Source of the DNA: Anaerovoracaceae bacterium
GTDB lineage: Bacteria; Bacillota; Clostridia; Peptostreptococcales; Anaerovoracaceae
Direction of reading: 5' to 3'
DNA length: 64,000 nucleotides
NCBI GenBank assembly: GCA_036637375.1
Contig: JAVWMQ010000004.1
Location: 4,698 to 68,697, forward strand
Shown here: positions 39,782 through 50,061 of the stretch, piece by piece
Numbering within the stretch: the first letter of the stretch is position 1
Layout of the letters: every line of letters starts with the position of its first letter
The notes under the pieces: model-generated
The model's database searches: none
Seen by the model: the letters and a program-made list of their open reading frames with translations, nothing else
Told to the model about the DNA's origin: nothing
Position numbers and translations under genes: made by a program

Positions 39782-39969
39782 AATATACCTTCTTTCTGTC
39801 CTTTAGTTAATTTTACCACAAAAAAGACAAGTATAATATAATGTATTTAGAACTTTTACTGGTAGTAAAAATGATTTTTGTAAATTTGCTTATACTTCTT
39901 TTTTTTTATGTAATTGAGGAGTATACTACAAATGTAGACGTTGATATTATCATCAAAGGAGTAATGATT

Positions 39970-40731
39970 ATGGAAACTTTTGGAAAAATCTACTTTAGCC
40001 CTTCGGGGGGAACAAAATTAATTGCCGATAAACTAGAGACACATCTTGGAAAGGTAGGAACGAATTACGATTTGTTACTAAATCCACCTAAAGAGGTAGT
40101 TGAGTTTAAAGAAAATGATTTAGTTATAGTTCTAATGCCAGTTTTTGCAGGGAGGATTCCCAAAATTTGTCCAGAAATGTTGGGCAAGTTTAATGGTAAT
40201 GGTGCAAATGCAATTTCAATAGTGGTTTACGGGAATAGAGACTATGATGACGCTTTACTTGAACTTGAAAATATTTTGAAAGAGAATAATTTTAGAGTTG
40301 TAGCTGCAGGTGCATTTATTTCAAAACATACGATATTTACTGAGGTTGCAGCAGATAGACCAGATAGTAAAGACGAAGAGATAATTAAAAGATTTTGCAA
40401 AGAAGTGCTAGCAAAGATAAAAGATAATGATTACAAGAGAATTGATGTAAAGGGAAATTACCCATACAAACCTTATGGAACAATTTCGGTTCAACCTGAC
40501 ACCCAAAAGACATGTACAGGGTGCGGTAAATGTGTAGATATTTGCCCAGTTAATGCTATTGATATTAAGGATATTGCAGTGACCAATGAATACAAGTGTA
40601 TAACATGCACAGCATGTATTAGTATATGTGATATTGGCGCAAGAGGATTTCATGGGATTAAATATAAGACAGCAGCAAAAGGGTTTATGATTAAATGTGC
40701 ATCACGAAAAGAACCTGAGATTTTTGTTTAA
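39970..40731 (+). CDS. EFR1-like flavodoxin-fold protein with C-terminal 2x[4Fe-4S] ferredoxin domain
   Basis: ATG 39970 lies 9 nt after AAGGAG; the ORF-track N-terminal extension from 39841 is an AT-rich artefact. Two cluster motifs are present, CTGCGKCVDICP and CITCTACISICD. Confidence 0.65.
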   Translation: METFGKIYFSPSGGTKLIADKLETHLGKVGTNYDLLLNPPKEVVEFKENDLVIVLMPVFAGRIPKICPEMLGKFNGNGANAISIVVYGNRDYDDALLELENILKENNFRVVAAGAFISKHTIFTEVAADRPDSKDEEIIKRFCKEVLAKIKDNDYKRIDVKGNYPYKPYGTISVQPDTQKTCTGCGKCVDICPVNAIDIKDIAVTNEYKCITCTACISICDIGARGFHGIKYKTAAKGFMIKCASRKEPEIFV

Positions 40732-40749
40732 ATTATTTTGTAAACAGTA

Positions 40750-40778
40750 TTGACAATTAACACTAGATATAGTATATT
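40750..40778 (+). promoter_or_regulatory. Sigma-A promoter driving the ZTP riboswitch-pflAB transcript
   Basis: TTGACA (40750-40755), 17 nt spacer, TATATT (40773-40778). Confidence 0.6.
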
Positions 40779-40786
40779 CAAAATAT

Positions 40787-40888
40787 CGAAATCGTATGAC
40801 TGACGGAACAGTGGAATAACCACGTGAAGTATGATTTTTAGAGAGCCGACCGTCTGGGCAGAGTACCAGATTAGTGGGCTCTTTTTTA
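40787..40888 (+). promoter_or_regulatory. ZTP (pfl-motif) riboswitch with intrinsic terminator expression platform
   Basis: The P1 strands are AAAUCGUAU (40789-40797) and GUAUGAUUU (40829-40837). They enclose the conserved GACUGACGG and the P2 hairpin GUGG-AAUAA-CCAC. The 3' subdomain carries GCCGACCGUCUGGGCA (40845-40860). A terminator follows, with AGAGCCGAC pairing to GUGGGCUCU and then UUUUUU. Confidence 0.8.
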
Positions 40889-40918
40889 TTCCTATGGTAC
40901 TTTTATGGAGGAAAGCGT

Positions 40919-41620
40919 ATGAAAGGTTATGTACATTCTATTGAAAGTATGGGTTTGGTTGACGGTCCAGGCGTGAGAACTGTAATATTTTTGCAAGGGT
41001 GCAACTTGCGATGTATTTACTGTCATAATCCAGATACTTGGAAATTAAATGAAGGCGAACTTTTAGATGTTTCAGAAATAATAAAAAAGGTATTAAGATA
41101 TAAACCGTATTACAAAGATACTGGTGGGGTTACTATATCTGGTGGAGAGCCACTATTGCAAAAGGAGTTTTTAATAGAACTGCTCAAAGGCCTAAAAGAA
41201 AATGGAATTCATACTTGCATTGACACGGCTGGTGTTGGTGCGTCCGGCTATGAAGAAATTCTAAAGTATGTAGATTTGATAATCTACGATATAAAACATT
41301 TTGATGAGGAAGGCTACAAATATATTACTAAAAGAAACAATAGTGAAACTTTGAACTTCTTGGAAACAGCTACAAAAATGAACATTCCAATGTGGGTTAG
41401 GCATGTTGTTGTGCCAGGTATAACAGATAGTGAAGAGCATATTGCCAAGTTAAGTGAATATGTTAAAACTCTTTCAAATGTAGTCAAGGTTGAGCTTTTG
41501 CCATATCACCTTTTAGGCAAGAATAAATATGAAGCTATGGACATGAAATATCCGTTAGAGGGTGTTTCGGCAATGGACAAAGAAGTTACAAAAAAATTAC
41601 AGGATAAATATTTTATTTAA
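40919..41620 (+). CDS. pflA: Pyruvate formate-lyase activating enzyme (radical SAM)
   Basis: ATG 40919 follows GGAGGA; the ORF-track start at 40874 lies inside the riboswitch terminator. [10 protein letters not shown] cluster and [11 protein letters not shown]. Confidence 0.9.
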   Translation: MKGYVHSIESMGLVDGPGVRTVIFLQGCNLRCIYCHNPDTWKLNEGELLDVSEIIKKVLRYKPYYKDTGGVTISGGEPLLQKEFLIELLKGLKENGIHTCIDTAGVGASGYEEILKYVDLIIYDIKHFDEEGYKYITKRNNSETLNFLETATKMNIPMWVRHVVVPGITDSEEHIAKLSEYVKTLSNVVKVELLPYHLLGKNKYEAMDMKYPLEGVSAMDKEVTKKLQDKYFI

Positions 41621-41633
41621 GGAGGATATAAGA

Positions 41634-43862
41634 ATGAACAAAGGATGGAACGATTTCAAAGAAGGTATTTGGACAGAAGAAATAGATGTAAGAAATTTTA
41701 TACAAAAAAACTATAAACTATACGAAGGCGATGACAAATTCTTAGAAGGTACTACAGAAAAAACAGATAAAGTTTGGGCTAAGTGCCATGATCTAATTGT
41801 AGAAGAAGTTGAAAAAGGTATCCTTGGCGTTGATGTAGATACAGTATCTGGCATAGATAATTTTGCTCCTGGATATATTGATGAAGAGAACGAAGTAATT
41901 GTAGGACTTCAGACAGACAAACCATTAAAGAGAATAGTTAACCTTTATGGTGGAATGAGAATGGCTACATCTGCTCTTGAGCAGTATGGATACAAAATGA
42001 ATGAAGAAATTCTAGCTCATTTTGAAGAGTACCACAAGACACATAATGAAGGTGTATTTGATGCATATCCAGCAAGAGTTAGAGATGCTAGAAGTGCAGG
42101 GCTTTTGACAGGGCTTCCTGATGCTTATGGTAGAGGCAGAATCATTGGAGACTATAGAAGAGTTGCGCTATATGGTATGGATTTTTTGGCGCAAAAGAAG
42201 AAGGAAGATTTAGAAAACCTAGATGGCCCAATGACAGAAGAAAGAATTAGATTAAGAGAAGAAGTACAGGAACAGATCAAAGCAATGAAGAGAATTGTTT
42301 CTATGGCTAGTAAATATGGTGTGGATATCACAAAGCCAGCGACAACTGCAAGAGAGGCAGTGCAGCATTTATACATGGCATACCTTGCTGGTATTAAACA
42401 AAATAATGGTGCAGCAACATCTCTAGGTAGAACATCTACATTCATTGATATTTATATTGAAAGAGACCTAAAGAATGGGGTTATTACAGAAAAAGAAGCA
42501 CAAGAAATAATAGATCAATTTATCATTAAACTAAGATTAGTTAGGCATTTAAGAACTCCAGAATACAATGAATTATTTGGTGGAGATCCAACTTGGGTAA
42601 CTGAATCTATAGGTGGCGTAGGAATTAATGGTAAAGCATTAGTAACAAAGACTTCATTTAGATTTTTACACTCATTAACAAATATCGGTACAGCACCAGA
42701 GCCAAACTTAACAGTTTTATGGAGCCAATATTTACCTAAGAATTTCAAAGATTATTGTGCAAAGATGAGTATTGCAACAGATTCTATTCAGTACGAAAAT
42801 GATGATGTAATGAGACCTATTTATGGGGATGATTATGGTATAGCTTGTTGTGTTTCTGCAATGGCAATTGGTAAACAAATGCAGTTCTTTGGAGCTAGAG
42901 CTAATGTTGCTAAATCTCTACTATATGCAATTAATGGTGGGGTTGATGAAATCAAAGGCAAAAAAGTTATTCCAGGAATTGAGCCTATTACAGACGATGT
43001 ACTTGAAATTGACAAGGTTTACAGCAACTACAAGAAGGTTTTATCTTATGTAGCAGAGCTTTATACTGATGCGTTAAATATTATTCACTACATGCATGAT
43101 AAATATGCCTATGAATCAAGTCAGATGGCATTACATGATACAGATGTTGAAAGACTAACAGCCTATGGAATGGCAGGTATATCAGTAGTAGCAGACTCTT
43201 TATCTGCAATTAAATATGCAAAGGTTAAACCTATTAGAAATGAAAATGGAATTGCTATTGACTTTGATGTTGAAGGGGATTTCCCTAAATATGGTAACGA
43301 TGATGACAGAGCAGATGATTTTGCTGTAAATGTTGCAAGTTACTTCTCAAAAGAATTAAAGAAACATCCGTTTTATAGAAATTCAAAACATACACTATCT
43401 GCACTAACAATTACAAGTAACGTAATGTATGGAAAGAAAACAGGAAGTACTCCAGATGGACGTAAACTTGGAGAACCTTTAGCACCAGGCGCAAACCCAA
43501 TGCATGGTAGAGACGAAAATGGAGCATTAGCATCATTAAACTCAGTTGCAAAAATTGGATACAGAGATATTTGTCAGGATGGAGTTTCAAATACATTCTC
43601 AATTGTACCTAATGCTTTAGGCAAGAGTGAGGACCAGAGAATTGACAATCTAGTAAGTATTTTGGATGGATACTTTATTCAAGGTGCACACCATCTAAAT
43701 GTAAATGTTCTTGATAGAGAATTACTTGAAGATGCTATGGAGCACCCAGAAAAATATCCGACTCTAACAATTAGAGTTTCAGGTTATGCAGTAAACTTTA
43801 GTAGATTATCTAAGGAACAGCAAAGAGAAGTAATTAAGAGAACTTTCCACGAAAGTATGTAA
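41634..43862 (+). CDS. pflB: Formate C-acetyltransferase (pyruvate formate-lyase)
   Basis: ATG 41634 follows AGGAGGA. 742 aa with the catalytic Cys-Cys in GIACCVSA and the glycyl-radical motif [11 protein letters not shown]. Confidence 0.95.
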   Translation: MNKGWNDFKEGIWTEEIDVRNFIQKNYKLYEGDDKFLEGTTEKTDKVWAKCHDLIVEEVEKGILGVDVDTVSGIDNFAPGYIDEENEVIVGLQTDKPLKRIVNLYGGMRMATSALEQYGYKMNEEILAHFEEYHKTHNEGVFDAYPARVRDARSAGLLTGLPDAYGRGRIIGDYRRVALYGMDFLAQKKKEDLENLDGPMTEERIRLREEVQEQIKAMKRIVSMASKYGVDITKPATTAREAVQHLYMAYLAGIKQNNGAATSLGRTSTFIDIYIERDLKNGVITEKEAQEIIDQFIIKLRLVRHLRTPEYNELFGGDPTWVTESIGGVGINGKALVTKTSFRFLHSLTNIGTAPEPNLTVLWSQYLPKNFKDYCAKMSIATDSIQYENDDVMRPIYGDDYGIACCVSAMAIGKQMQFFGARANVAKSLLYAINGGVDEIKGKKVIPGIEPITDDVLEIDKVYSNYKKVLSYVAELYTDALNIIHYMHDKYAYESSQMALHDTDVERLTAYGMAGISVVADSLSAIKYAKVKPIRNENGIAIDFDVEGDFPKYGNDDDRADDFAVNVASYFSKELKKHPFYRNSKHTLSALTITSNVMYGKKTGSTPDGRKLGEPLAPGANPMHGRDENGALASLNSVAKIGYRDICQDGVSNTFSIVPNALGKSEDQRIDNLVSILDGYFIQGAHHLNVNVLDRELLEDAMEHPEKYPTLTIRVSGYAVNFSRLSKEQQREVIKRTFHESM

Positions 43863-43877
43863 TTAGATAAAACCATA

Positions 43878-43905
43878 AACCCCTTCAAAATGAAGGGGTT
43901 TTAAA
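43878..43905 (+). terminator. Terminator after pflB
   Basis: AAACCCCTTC pairs with GAAGGGGTTT across a 5 nt loop, followed by a short T run. Confidence 0.6.
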
Positions 43906-43951
43906 ATTAACTAACAAGTGGTATCATGTTTAAGAAAAGGAGAATTTGGAT

Positions 43952-44605
43952 ATGATAATTAAAGGCGCAATTTTTGATTTAGATGGAACGTTACTAGATT
44001 CCATGCATGTTTGGCAAAAAATTGGATCGGAGTATTTAAAAGGAAGAGGCATTGTTCCAGCGGAAAATTTAGACGAAGAAATACTCACAATGTCAATTGT
44101 AGACGCAGCAATGTTTATGAAAAAAAATTATGGGCTAAAGGATGAGTGCGAAGACATTATTAAAGGTGTAAATAGTATGATAGATAATCTATACGCCAAC
44201 GAAATAAAATTAAAGGCTGGAATACTTAATCTTCTAGAGCTACTTAAGGCAAAAGGTGTAAAAATGAGTGTTGCAACTGCAACTGACAGATATATGGTTA
44301 TTGCAGCACTAAAAAACAACAATATAGAAGAATATTTTGAAGAAATTTTTACATGTACTGAAGTAGGAGCAGGTAAGGAAGAACCAATTATTTTTGAAGA
44401 GGCATTAAAATGTCTTGGAACTCAAAAAGAAGAAACATATGTATTTGAAGATGCAATCCATGCTATTAGAACTTGCAAAAATGCAGGGTTTAAGGTTGTA
44501 GGTATTAATGACATTTGGTCAAAAAATCACCAGAGCGAAATAATGGAATTAGCTGATATATATATTAACAGTGAAGAAGATTTTGTTAATTACTTTGAAA
44601 AATAA
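43952..44605 (+). CDS. HAD-superfamily hydrolase (subfamily IA, beta-phosphoglucomutase-like)
   Basis: ATG 43952 lies 9 nt after GGAG. Motif I is FDLDGTLLDS; motif III/IV region is FEDAIHAI. Confidence 0.75.
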   Translation: MIIKGAIFDLDGTLLDSMHVWQKIGSEYLKGRGIVPAENLDEEILTMSIVDAAMFMKKNYGLKDECEDIIKGVNSMIDNLYANEIKLKAGILNLLELLKAKGVKMSVATATDRYMVIAALKNNNIEEYFEEIFTCTEVGAGKEEPIIFEEALKCLGTQKEETYVFEDAIHAIRTCKNAGFKVVGINDIWSKNHQSEIMELADIYINSEEDFVNYFEK

Positions 44606-44610
44606 GATAA

Positions 44611-44646
44611 AAAATACCATTTATGAAAAATCATAAATGGTATTTT
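44611..44646. terminator. Bidirectional terminator between the HAD hydrolase and acyl-CoA ligase genes
   Basis: Perfect 16 bp stem, AAAATACCATTTATGA with TCATAAATGGTATTTT, and a 4 nt loop. Confidence 0.75.
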
Positions 44647-44648
44647 GT

Positions 44649-46379
44649 TTACTTGAAATGTCTTTTAATTAGTTCAATTTCCTCGTGTCTTTTGACTTTT
44701 GCTGTAGATGTTTTAATCATAGGCTCGTCAGTTATTATTACACGAATTAAATTTTTGTAATGAGGCATAGTTTCATTTATTTTATCTATATCATTTTTAA
44801 TTATTTTTTCTAAATCTTCAGTGGAGATATCACCGTAGGTGGTTTTTATATATTCTCCATTATATACTATTTTAACCCCAAGGATAAGATCTGTTTCATC
44901 GTCTGCCTTAGGCATACCAAAGACAAAGTTTTCTGCTACATATGGTAGACTTGAAATTAATAACTCGATTTCTTCTGGATAAACATTTTTACCATTTTTG
45001 AGAACAACAACATTCTTGGAACGACCACTCAAAAATAAGAACCCATCTTTGTCAATATATCCAAGGTCACCTGTATTAAACCAACCATCTACAAACACTT
45101 TATCTGTTTCTTCTTGGTTTTGATAATAACCAACCATTACATTTGGACCTTTAACAAATACATCACCAATACCTTCGGAGTTTGGTTCGTTGATTTTAAT
45201 ATCAACGTTGCACATTGCTTTACCTACTGAGCCGATTCTAATATTATTGTTATTTTCGGCAGATACAACAGGGGAAGTTTCGGTAAGTCCATAGCCTTGT
45301 ACAGCAACAATACCAAGGTCTAGGAAACATTCCAATGCTTTTTTATCAATTGCAGAAGCTCCAGTAATTAAAAGTCTTAGATGTCCACCTAATTGTTCGT
45401 GTATACTAGCAAATACTTTACGTCTAATATCAATTTTGAACTTCAAAAGAAATCTAGTTAGCTTAATCATAGTATTAAAAGTTTTTTCTTTGCCTTCTTT
45501 TTTTACTTTTGTCATTATTTTCTTGTAAATACTTTCTATAAGCAAAGGAACACAGAAAAATACAGAGATTTTATACTCTATAAGATTTTTATTAATGTAT
45601 TTAAGACCATCACAAAATGCTGTACTAACACCAGATGCTAACATTAGCAGTGTTCCTGTTGAACCAAAAGTGTGATGTAGTGGTAGAAGTGCTAAACTAC
45701 GCTCGCCTTCAAAAATAAATTCAGAAGATTGAAGTGCATATAAGTTTGAAAGTATATTTTGCTGAGTAAGTGCAACTATTTTAGACATTGATGTTGTACC
45801 AGAAGTAAAAAGTAAAATAGTTACTTCGTCTTTATCTATTACTTTTTCATCATATGCAGTACTTCCATTATTGATTAATTCAAGCCCTTGGCTCTTAATA
45901 GTTTCAAGTTCTATAAAATCAGTTGAACTATTAAGATTTACAAATAGGTTTACTGTTGTAGAATGTTCATCTTGTATTTTTTTTGCAGTTTCAAGGTGAC
46001 CATCATCAAAGAATAAAATATCAGCTTCACTACGTGTTATAGAGGATAGTGTTTCTTCAAATGTTAGACCTTTGTCTAATGGTATTACAATGCCAACACC
46101 AGCTAGAGTCGCATAGTATGCCAAAAGCCAATTGTAAGAGTTATCTCCTATAATTGCAATTTTTTTGTTTTCGTAGCCAAGGTTTAGCAATGCTGTGGCA
46201 ACAGCTTTTACATCCAAGCAAAATTGATCATAGCTAACTGATGTATAAGTTATTTCTTTTTTAACCTTTTTCTTTAAAATAAAAGCCTCTTTACCTGAAT
46301 ATCTAGTTGCAATATCTGCAAAAAAATCTTTAAAATCAGAATAATGGGGCTTTTGGAATTCTATTGGTAGCTTATTCAT
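44649..46379 (-). CDS. AMP-dependent acyl-CoA synthetase (long-chain fatty acid--CoA ligase-like)
   Basis: 576 aa with LFTSGTTSMSKIV, GYGLTETS, NTGDLGY and GRSKNVVVLKNGKNVYPEEIE. Confidence 0.8.
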   Translation of the reverse strand: MNKLPIEFQKPHYSDFKDFFADIATRYSGKEAFILKKKVKKEITYTSVSYDQFCLDVKAVATALLNLGYENKKIAIIGDNSYNWLLAYYATLAGVGIVIPLDKGLTFEETLSSITRSEADILFFDDGHLETAKKIQDEHSTTVNLFVNLNSSTDFIELETIKSQGLELINNGSTAYDEKVIDKDEVTILLFTSGTTSMSKIVALTQQNILSNLYALQSSEFIFEGERSLALLPLHHTFGSTGTLLMLASGVSTAFCDGLKYINKNLIEYKISVFFCVPLLIESIYKKIMTKVKKEGKEKTFNTMIKLTRFLLKFKIDIRRKVFASIHEQLGGHLRLLITGASAIDKKALECFLDLGIVAVQGYGLTETSPVVSAENNNNIRIGSVGKAMCNVDIKINEPNSEGIGDVFVKGPNVMVGYYQNQEETDKVFVDGWFNTGDLGYIDKDGFLFLSGRSKNVVVLKNGKNVYPEEIELLISSLPYVAENFVFGMPKADDETDLILGVKIVYNGEYIKTTYGDISTEDLEKIIKNDIDKINETMPHYKNLIRVIITDEPMIKTSTAKVKRHEEIELIKRHFK

Positions 46380-46469
46380 TTATTGTTCCCTTTCGTGAGT
46401 GTTAATTTCGTTGATAATAACCACTAGGTTATGTAGTAATTAATACTATGTTACAACGTTAATTGTAAT

Positions 46470-46487
46470 TTGTCAACTAGTTGACAA
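46470..46487. promoter_or_regulatory. Perfect 18 bp palindrome (candidate operator) in a divergent intergenic region
   Basis: TTGTCAACTAGTTGACAA. It presents a TTGACA hexamer on each strand. Confidence 0.4.
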
Positions 46488-46536
46488 TAAAAATAACATA
46501 TGATATTCTTTTTATAGCCAAAGGAGAAAAGAAAGT

Positions 46537-47016
46537 ATGGAAAATAATTTTAAATTACCAAGATGGGATGATATTCCAGATGTTGACCTTTATTTGGAAC
46601 AAGTTATTTCACTAATAGACAAATGGTTAAAGCCGATTTTGGAAGATGGGGAAAAGAAAGTCGTAACCAAAACGATGATTAACAATTATGTGAAGTTAAA
46701 GATTATAAATCCGCCTGTTAATAAGAAATATGATAAACTAGCGGTTGCATCACTAATTGTAGTTGTAATTTTGAAGCCGGTCTGTTCAATACTAGAAATT
46801 GGAAAGTTGATTGATCTTGCATTAAAGGCAAACGATAGAGATGTTAGTTACAATCAATTTTGCGAAGTAATAGAGGAAGCGGTTAAGACAGTTTTTGGTG
46901 GGAAAGGAATATCTCCTAGGGGGGATCTAAATGAACCACAATATATACTGAGGAATATAGGAACTGCATTTGCTTGTCAACTATATGTAAAGAAAACCTA
47001 TTTGTTAAAAGACTAG
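46537..47016 (+). CDS. DUF1836-like protein, function unknown
   Basis: 159 aa with an AAAGGAG RBS. The N-terminal region (PRWDDIPDVDLYLEQVISLID, TKTMINNYVK) resembles the DUF1836 family as I recall it. Confidence 0.5.
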   Translation: MENNFKLPRWDDIPDVDLYLEQVISLIDKWLKPILEDGEKKVVTKTMINNYVKLKIINPPVNKKYDKLAVASLIVVVILKPVCSILEIGKLIDLALKANDRDVSYNQFCEVIEEAVKTVFGGKGISPRGDLNEPQYILRNIGTAFACQLYVKKTYLLKD

Positions 47017-47044
47017 TTGCAAATATTGGCATAATAAAGAGAAT

Positions 47045-47072
47045 TTTTAAAAGGAACCTAGGACATCAAGTC
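47045..47072 (+). terminator. Terminator after the DUF1836 gene
   Basis: AACCTAGGAC pairs with GTCCTAGGTT across a 5 nt loop, followed by TTTTT. Confidence 0.75.
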
Positions 47073-47158
47073 CTAGGTTTTTGAATTAATTAATATTTTA
47101 TATCTTAATTAATTCAAGACAAAAAGCATATTTACTAATGATAATGATTAAAAAATAT

Positions 47159-47166
47159 TGTATAAT
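47159..47166 (+). promoter_or_regulatory. Extended -10 (TGTATAAT) upstream of the hybrid kinase gene
   Basis: TGTATAAT lies 37 nt upstream of ATG 47203. There is no good -35. Confidence 0.35.
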
Positions 47167-47202
47167 TAATGGACTAAAGCTGCAATTGAATATGGTGGAA
47201 AT

Positions 47203-49962
47203 ATGAATAAGATTAAAAGATGTTTGCTATTAATGCAGGTATTAGTTTTAATAATGTTGAGTGTATCATTAGCACCGGCAATGGCGACGAACAATGAAAA
47301 GGTAATTAGAGTACCATTTGTTCCACTTGCGGGTTTCTTTGAGATGGATGAAAGAGGGAACAGAACAGGATATGGTGCGGAGTATTTGACAGAAATCGGT
47401 ATTGTGTCTGGCTACAGAATCGAATATGTTGATTTCAAGTCATGGGATGCCAGTGTTAAAGGGTTTTATGATGGAAAAGTGGATGCTATTTTGCCAGTAG
47501 AATTTGATGAAAAAACACGATATGATATTGAACTTACAAGAGTGTCAATAGTGGATACTTCATTTGTTTTACTTGGCAAAAAAGGCAGAAATGATTTGTA
47601 TTATAATGATGCTGCTGGAATTCGGAACGTTAGGGTTGGCGCAAAAAAAAGTGAGCTAGACAAATTGACTTCAAAAGAAAAAAAGGACATTGGAATTACT
47701 AGTAGTAATGTTACATATTATGATACCTTTCAACAATTAAGCATTGCATTACATAAGAATAAAGTGGATGCAATTTTTACAAATATTATTAATTATAGTG
47801 ACGAGTATGAGATGTTGGCGGATACACATTGGATTAAAAACTATATTGCAATGAAGAAAGGTGACAAGAGGATTACCGATATAGAGGATGCTATGGAAAC
47901 TATTAGTCTTCAAAGCGGTTATTTTGCAAATAATTTGCGAGAAAAATATTTTCATAATATTAACATGATTCCTTTTACAAAAGAAGAAGAATTATTTGTA
48001 GATGAGCATAAAGTGATAAAAGTAGGTGTTTTGGGAAATAGAAAACCAATAGTTTACTATGATTCAAAAACAAAAAAAGCCAGAGGTATTATAATTGATA
48101 TTATGGATAAAGTCGCGGAAAAAACAGGCTTAAATATTAAGTATGAGGTATATAAGGGGGAAAAAGAATTATCAGAAGCATTAAGTCAACATAAAGTTGA
48201 TATGGCAATTCCTTATTCAGGTAAACAGTATTATGGAGATGGTGTAAAGCTTGTTAAAAGTGTTTCAATGTTCGGAACTTTTGTTAACCTTGAGAATTTT
48301 GGAGGAAACAAGAAGTTACTTGGAGATAAAATTAGAGTTGGCGTGCCAAAAGAGAGGCGCAGTGAAATTCATTTCCTAGAAAGATCGAATCCAAAGTTTG
48401 AAGTGGTTGTATTTGATAATGAATTAGAGGAATTAAATGCTTTGAAGGTTGGTGAAATAGACGCAATAGCACACGATACTTTTACTATATCTATGCTAAA
48501 TGAAAATCCACGATATGATGGTATAGAAATAATTCCAAGTTATATGTATTATGTTGAGTGTAATGGAGTTAGTTTGTGTCAAGACAAAATTCTAATTGAG
48601 ATTATTAATAAAGGGCTTGAGCGCTTCAAGGTGCATGAAAAAGAGGAAGTCGTAAATAATTATATCACATATGCCAGCTATGAAATGACAATAGGAGACT
48701 ATGTTTATAAATACTGGAAAGCTTTTTTATTCTTTTCAATAATTATTGAAATAATAGTGATTGCGGTAATATTTTATAACAAGAAAAAAGAGGAATATTA
48801 TAAGGATATAGAGCAGAAAAATATTGAAGTTTTAGCAGCAAATAAAGCAAAAAATGATTTTATGTCGAGAATGAGTCATGATTTACGAACTCCAATGAAT
48901 GCAATTATTGGACTTTCTGATAATAATCTTGTTACATCAAAAGAATACGAGTGCAAAGAAATGATGGACAAAATAAATCATGCAGGTAAGTATATGCTCA
49001 GTCTTGTAAATGACATTTTGGATTTTGCAAAAATAGAAAACGGAAATTTACATATTAATAATGGACCTCTAAGATATATGAATGTAAAAAAGAATATTGA
49101 CGATATAATATTTAATTTGGCAGCAAAAAGTGGACTTACTTATAAATCCATCTTTGATGGCAACGAAAATACTACTATTAGTATTGATGGACTGAGATTA
49201 GAGCAAATTTGCATAAACTTGCTAAATAATACAGTTAAGTTTACAAAGTCTGGTGGACACATTAGTATAAAAGTTACCCAAGAGATAATTGGTGAAAAAG
49301 CTTTATTAAAAATATGTGTTGAGGATAATGGTATTGGAATGAGCGAAGAATTCCAAAAAACTATGTTTGATCCATTTGAGCAAGAAAACAGAGGTGACTT
49401 CTGCTCAGATAAAGGTACTGGACTTGGTCTAACTATTATTAAAGAGCTAGTTGAACTTATGAAGGGCAAAATATCGGTTAGAAGTGAAATTAATGGTGGA
49501 ACCAGGTTTGACCTTGAATTTTTGTGTGATGTTCTGGAAAAGGATGGGAAGTATATAGCGACTAAGGAGAATTACGAAGAACTTAGAGGCAAGCGAATTT
49601 TAGTCGTTGAGGATCACCCTGTAAACCTAGTAGTAGCAAAAAAAGTATTAGAGAAGGTCGGTATGATTGTTGAAAGCTGTTCAAATGGTGATGAGGCTAT
49701 TTTGGAACTTAGCAAATCAGAACCAGGGTATTATGACTGTATTTTGATGGATATTAGAATGCCAGTAAAAGATGGCATCCAAGCGTCAAAAGAAATAAGG
49801 AGTATGGATAGAGCGGATGGAAAAACTATACCTATAATTGCAATGTCTGCAAATACATTTGAAGATGACAAAATTAGATCAAAAGAAGCAGGAATCAATG
49901 TTCATTTGTCAAAACCAATTGATTCAAATGAATTATATTACACTTTAAAAAAATTGTTGTAA
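47203..49962 (+). CDS. Hybrid sensor histidine kinase/response regulator with two extracytoplasmic solute-binding (SBP type 3/VFT) domains
   Basis: 919 aa. A signal/anchor sequence is followed by two SBP-like domains of about 220 aa and a TM segment (FLFFSIIIEIIVIAVIFY). Then come the H-box SHDLRTPMNAI, the HATPase domain (DNGIGM, GTGLGL) and a receiver (VVEDHPVN, ILMDIRMPVKDG, KP). No Hpt domain is visible. Confidence 0.85.
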   Translation: MNKIKRCLLLMQVLVLIMLSVSLAPAMATNNEKVIRVPFVPLAGFFEMDERGNRTGYGAEYLTEIGIVSGYRIEYVDFKSWDASVKGFYDGKVDAILPVEFDEKTRYDIELTRVSIVDTSFVLLGKKGRNDLYYNDAAGIRNVRVGAKKSELDKLTSKEKKDIGITSSNVTYYDTFQQLSIALHKNKVDAIFTNIINYSDEYEMLADTHWIKNYIAMKKGDKRITDIEDAMETISLQSGYFANNLREKYFHNINMIPFTKEEELFVDEHKVIKVGVLGNRKPIVYYDSKTKKARGIIIDIMDKVAEKTGLNIKYEVYKGEKELSEALSQHKVDMAIPYSGKQYYGDGVKLVKSVSMFGTFVNLENFGGNKKLLGDKIRVGVPKERRSEIHFLERSNPKFEVVVFDNELEELNALKVGEIDAIAHDTFTISMLNENPRYDGIEIIPSYMYYVECNGVSLCQDKILIEIINKGLERFKVHEKEEVVNNYITYASYEMTIGDYVYKYWKAFLFFSIIIEIIVIAVIFYNKKKEEYYKDIEQKNIEVLAANKAKNDFMSRMSHDLRTPMNAIIGLSDNNLVTSKEYECKEMMDKINHAGKYMLSLVNDILDFAKIENGNLHINNGPLRYMNVKKNIDDIIFNLAAKSGLTYKSIFDGNENTTISIDGLRLEQICINLLNNTVKFTKSGGHISIKVTQEIIGEKALLKICVEDNGIGMSEEFQKTMFDPFEQENRGDFCSDKGTGLGLTIIKELVELMKGKISVRSEINGGTRFDLEFLCDVLEKDGKYIATKENYEELRGKRILVVEDHPVNLVVAKKVLEKVGMIVESCSNGDEAILELSKSEPGYYDCILMDIRMPVKDGIQASKEIRSMDRADGKTIPIIAMSANTFEDDKIRSKEAGINVHLSKPIDSNELYYTLKKLL

Positions 49963-49987
49963 AGCTTTGTGTCTTATTTGTGATGTG

Positions 49988-50029
49988 AATAGGTTACCTA
50001 TTGCGTTTTATGTAAATTGAGAGTATAAT
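49988..50029 (+). promoter_or_regulatory. 15 bp palindrome abutting a candidate promoter of the secreted peptidase gene
   Basis: AATAGGTTACCTATT (49988-50002) overlaps TTGCGT (50001-50006). A 17 nt spacer follows, then TATAAT (50024-50029). Confidence 0.4.
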
Positions 50030-50061
50030 AATTACAGCCTTGTAATAAAGGAGGAGCAGTT

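Noticed and set aside
39841-39969. N-terminal extensions of ORF-track models (39841, 2566, 10069, 14337, 16652, 20631, 23085, 26593, 28030, 40874, 41562)
   Set aside because: In each case an internal ATG, or TTG for lspA, preceded by a GGAGG-type RBS gives the conserved protein N-terminus. The extensions overlap upstream genes, terminators or leaders.
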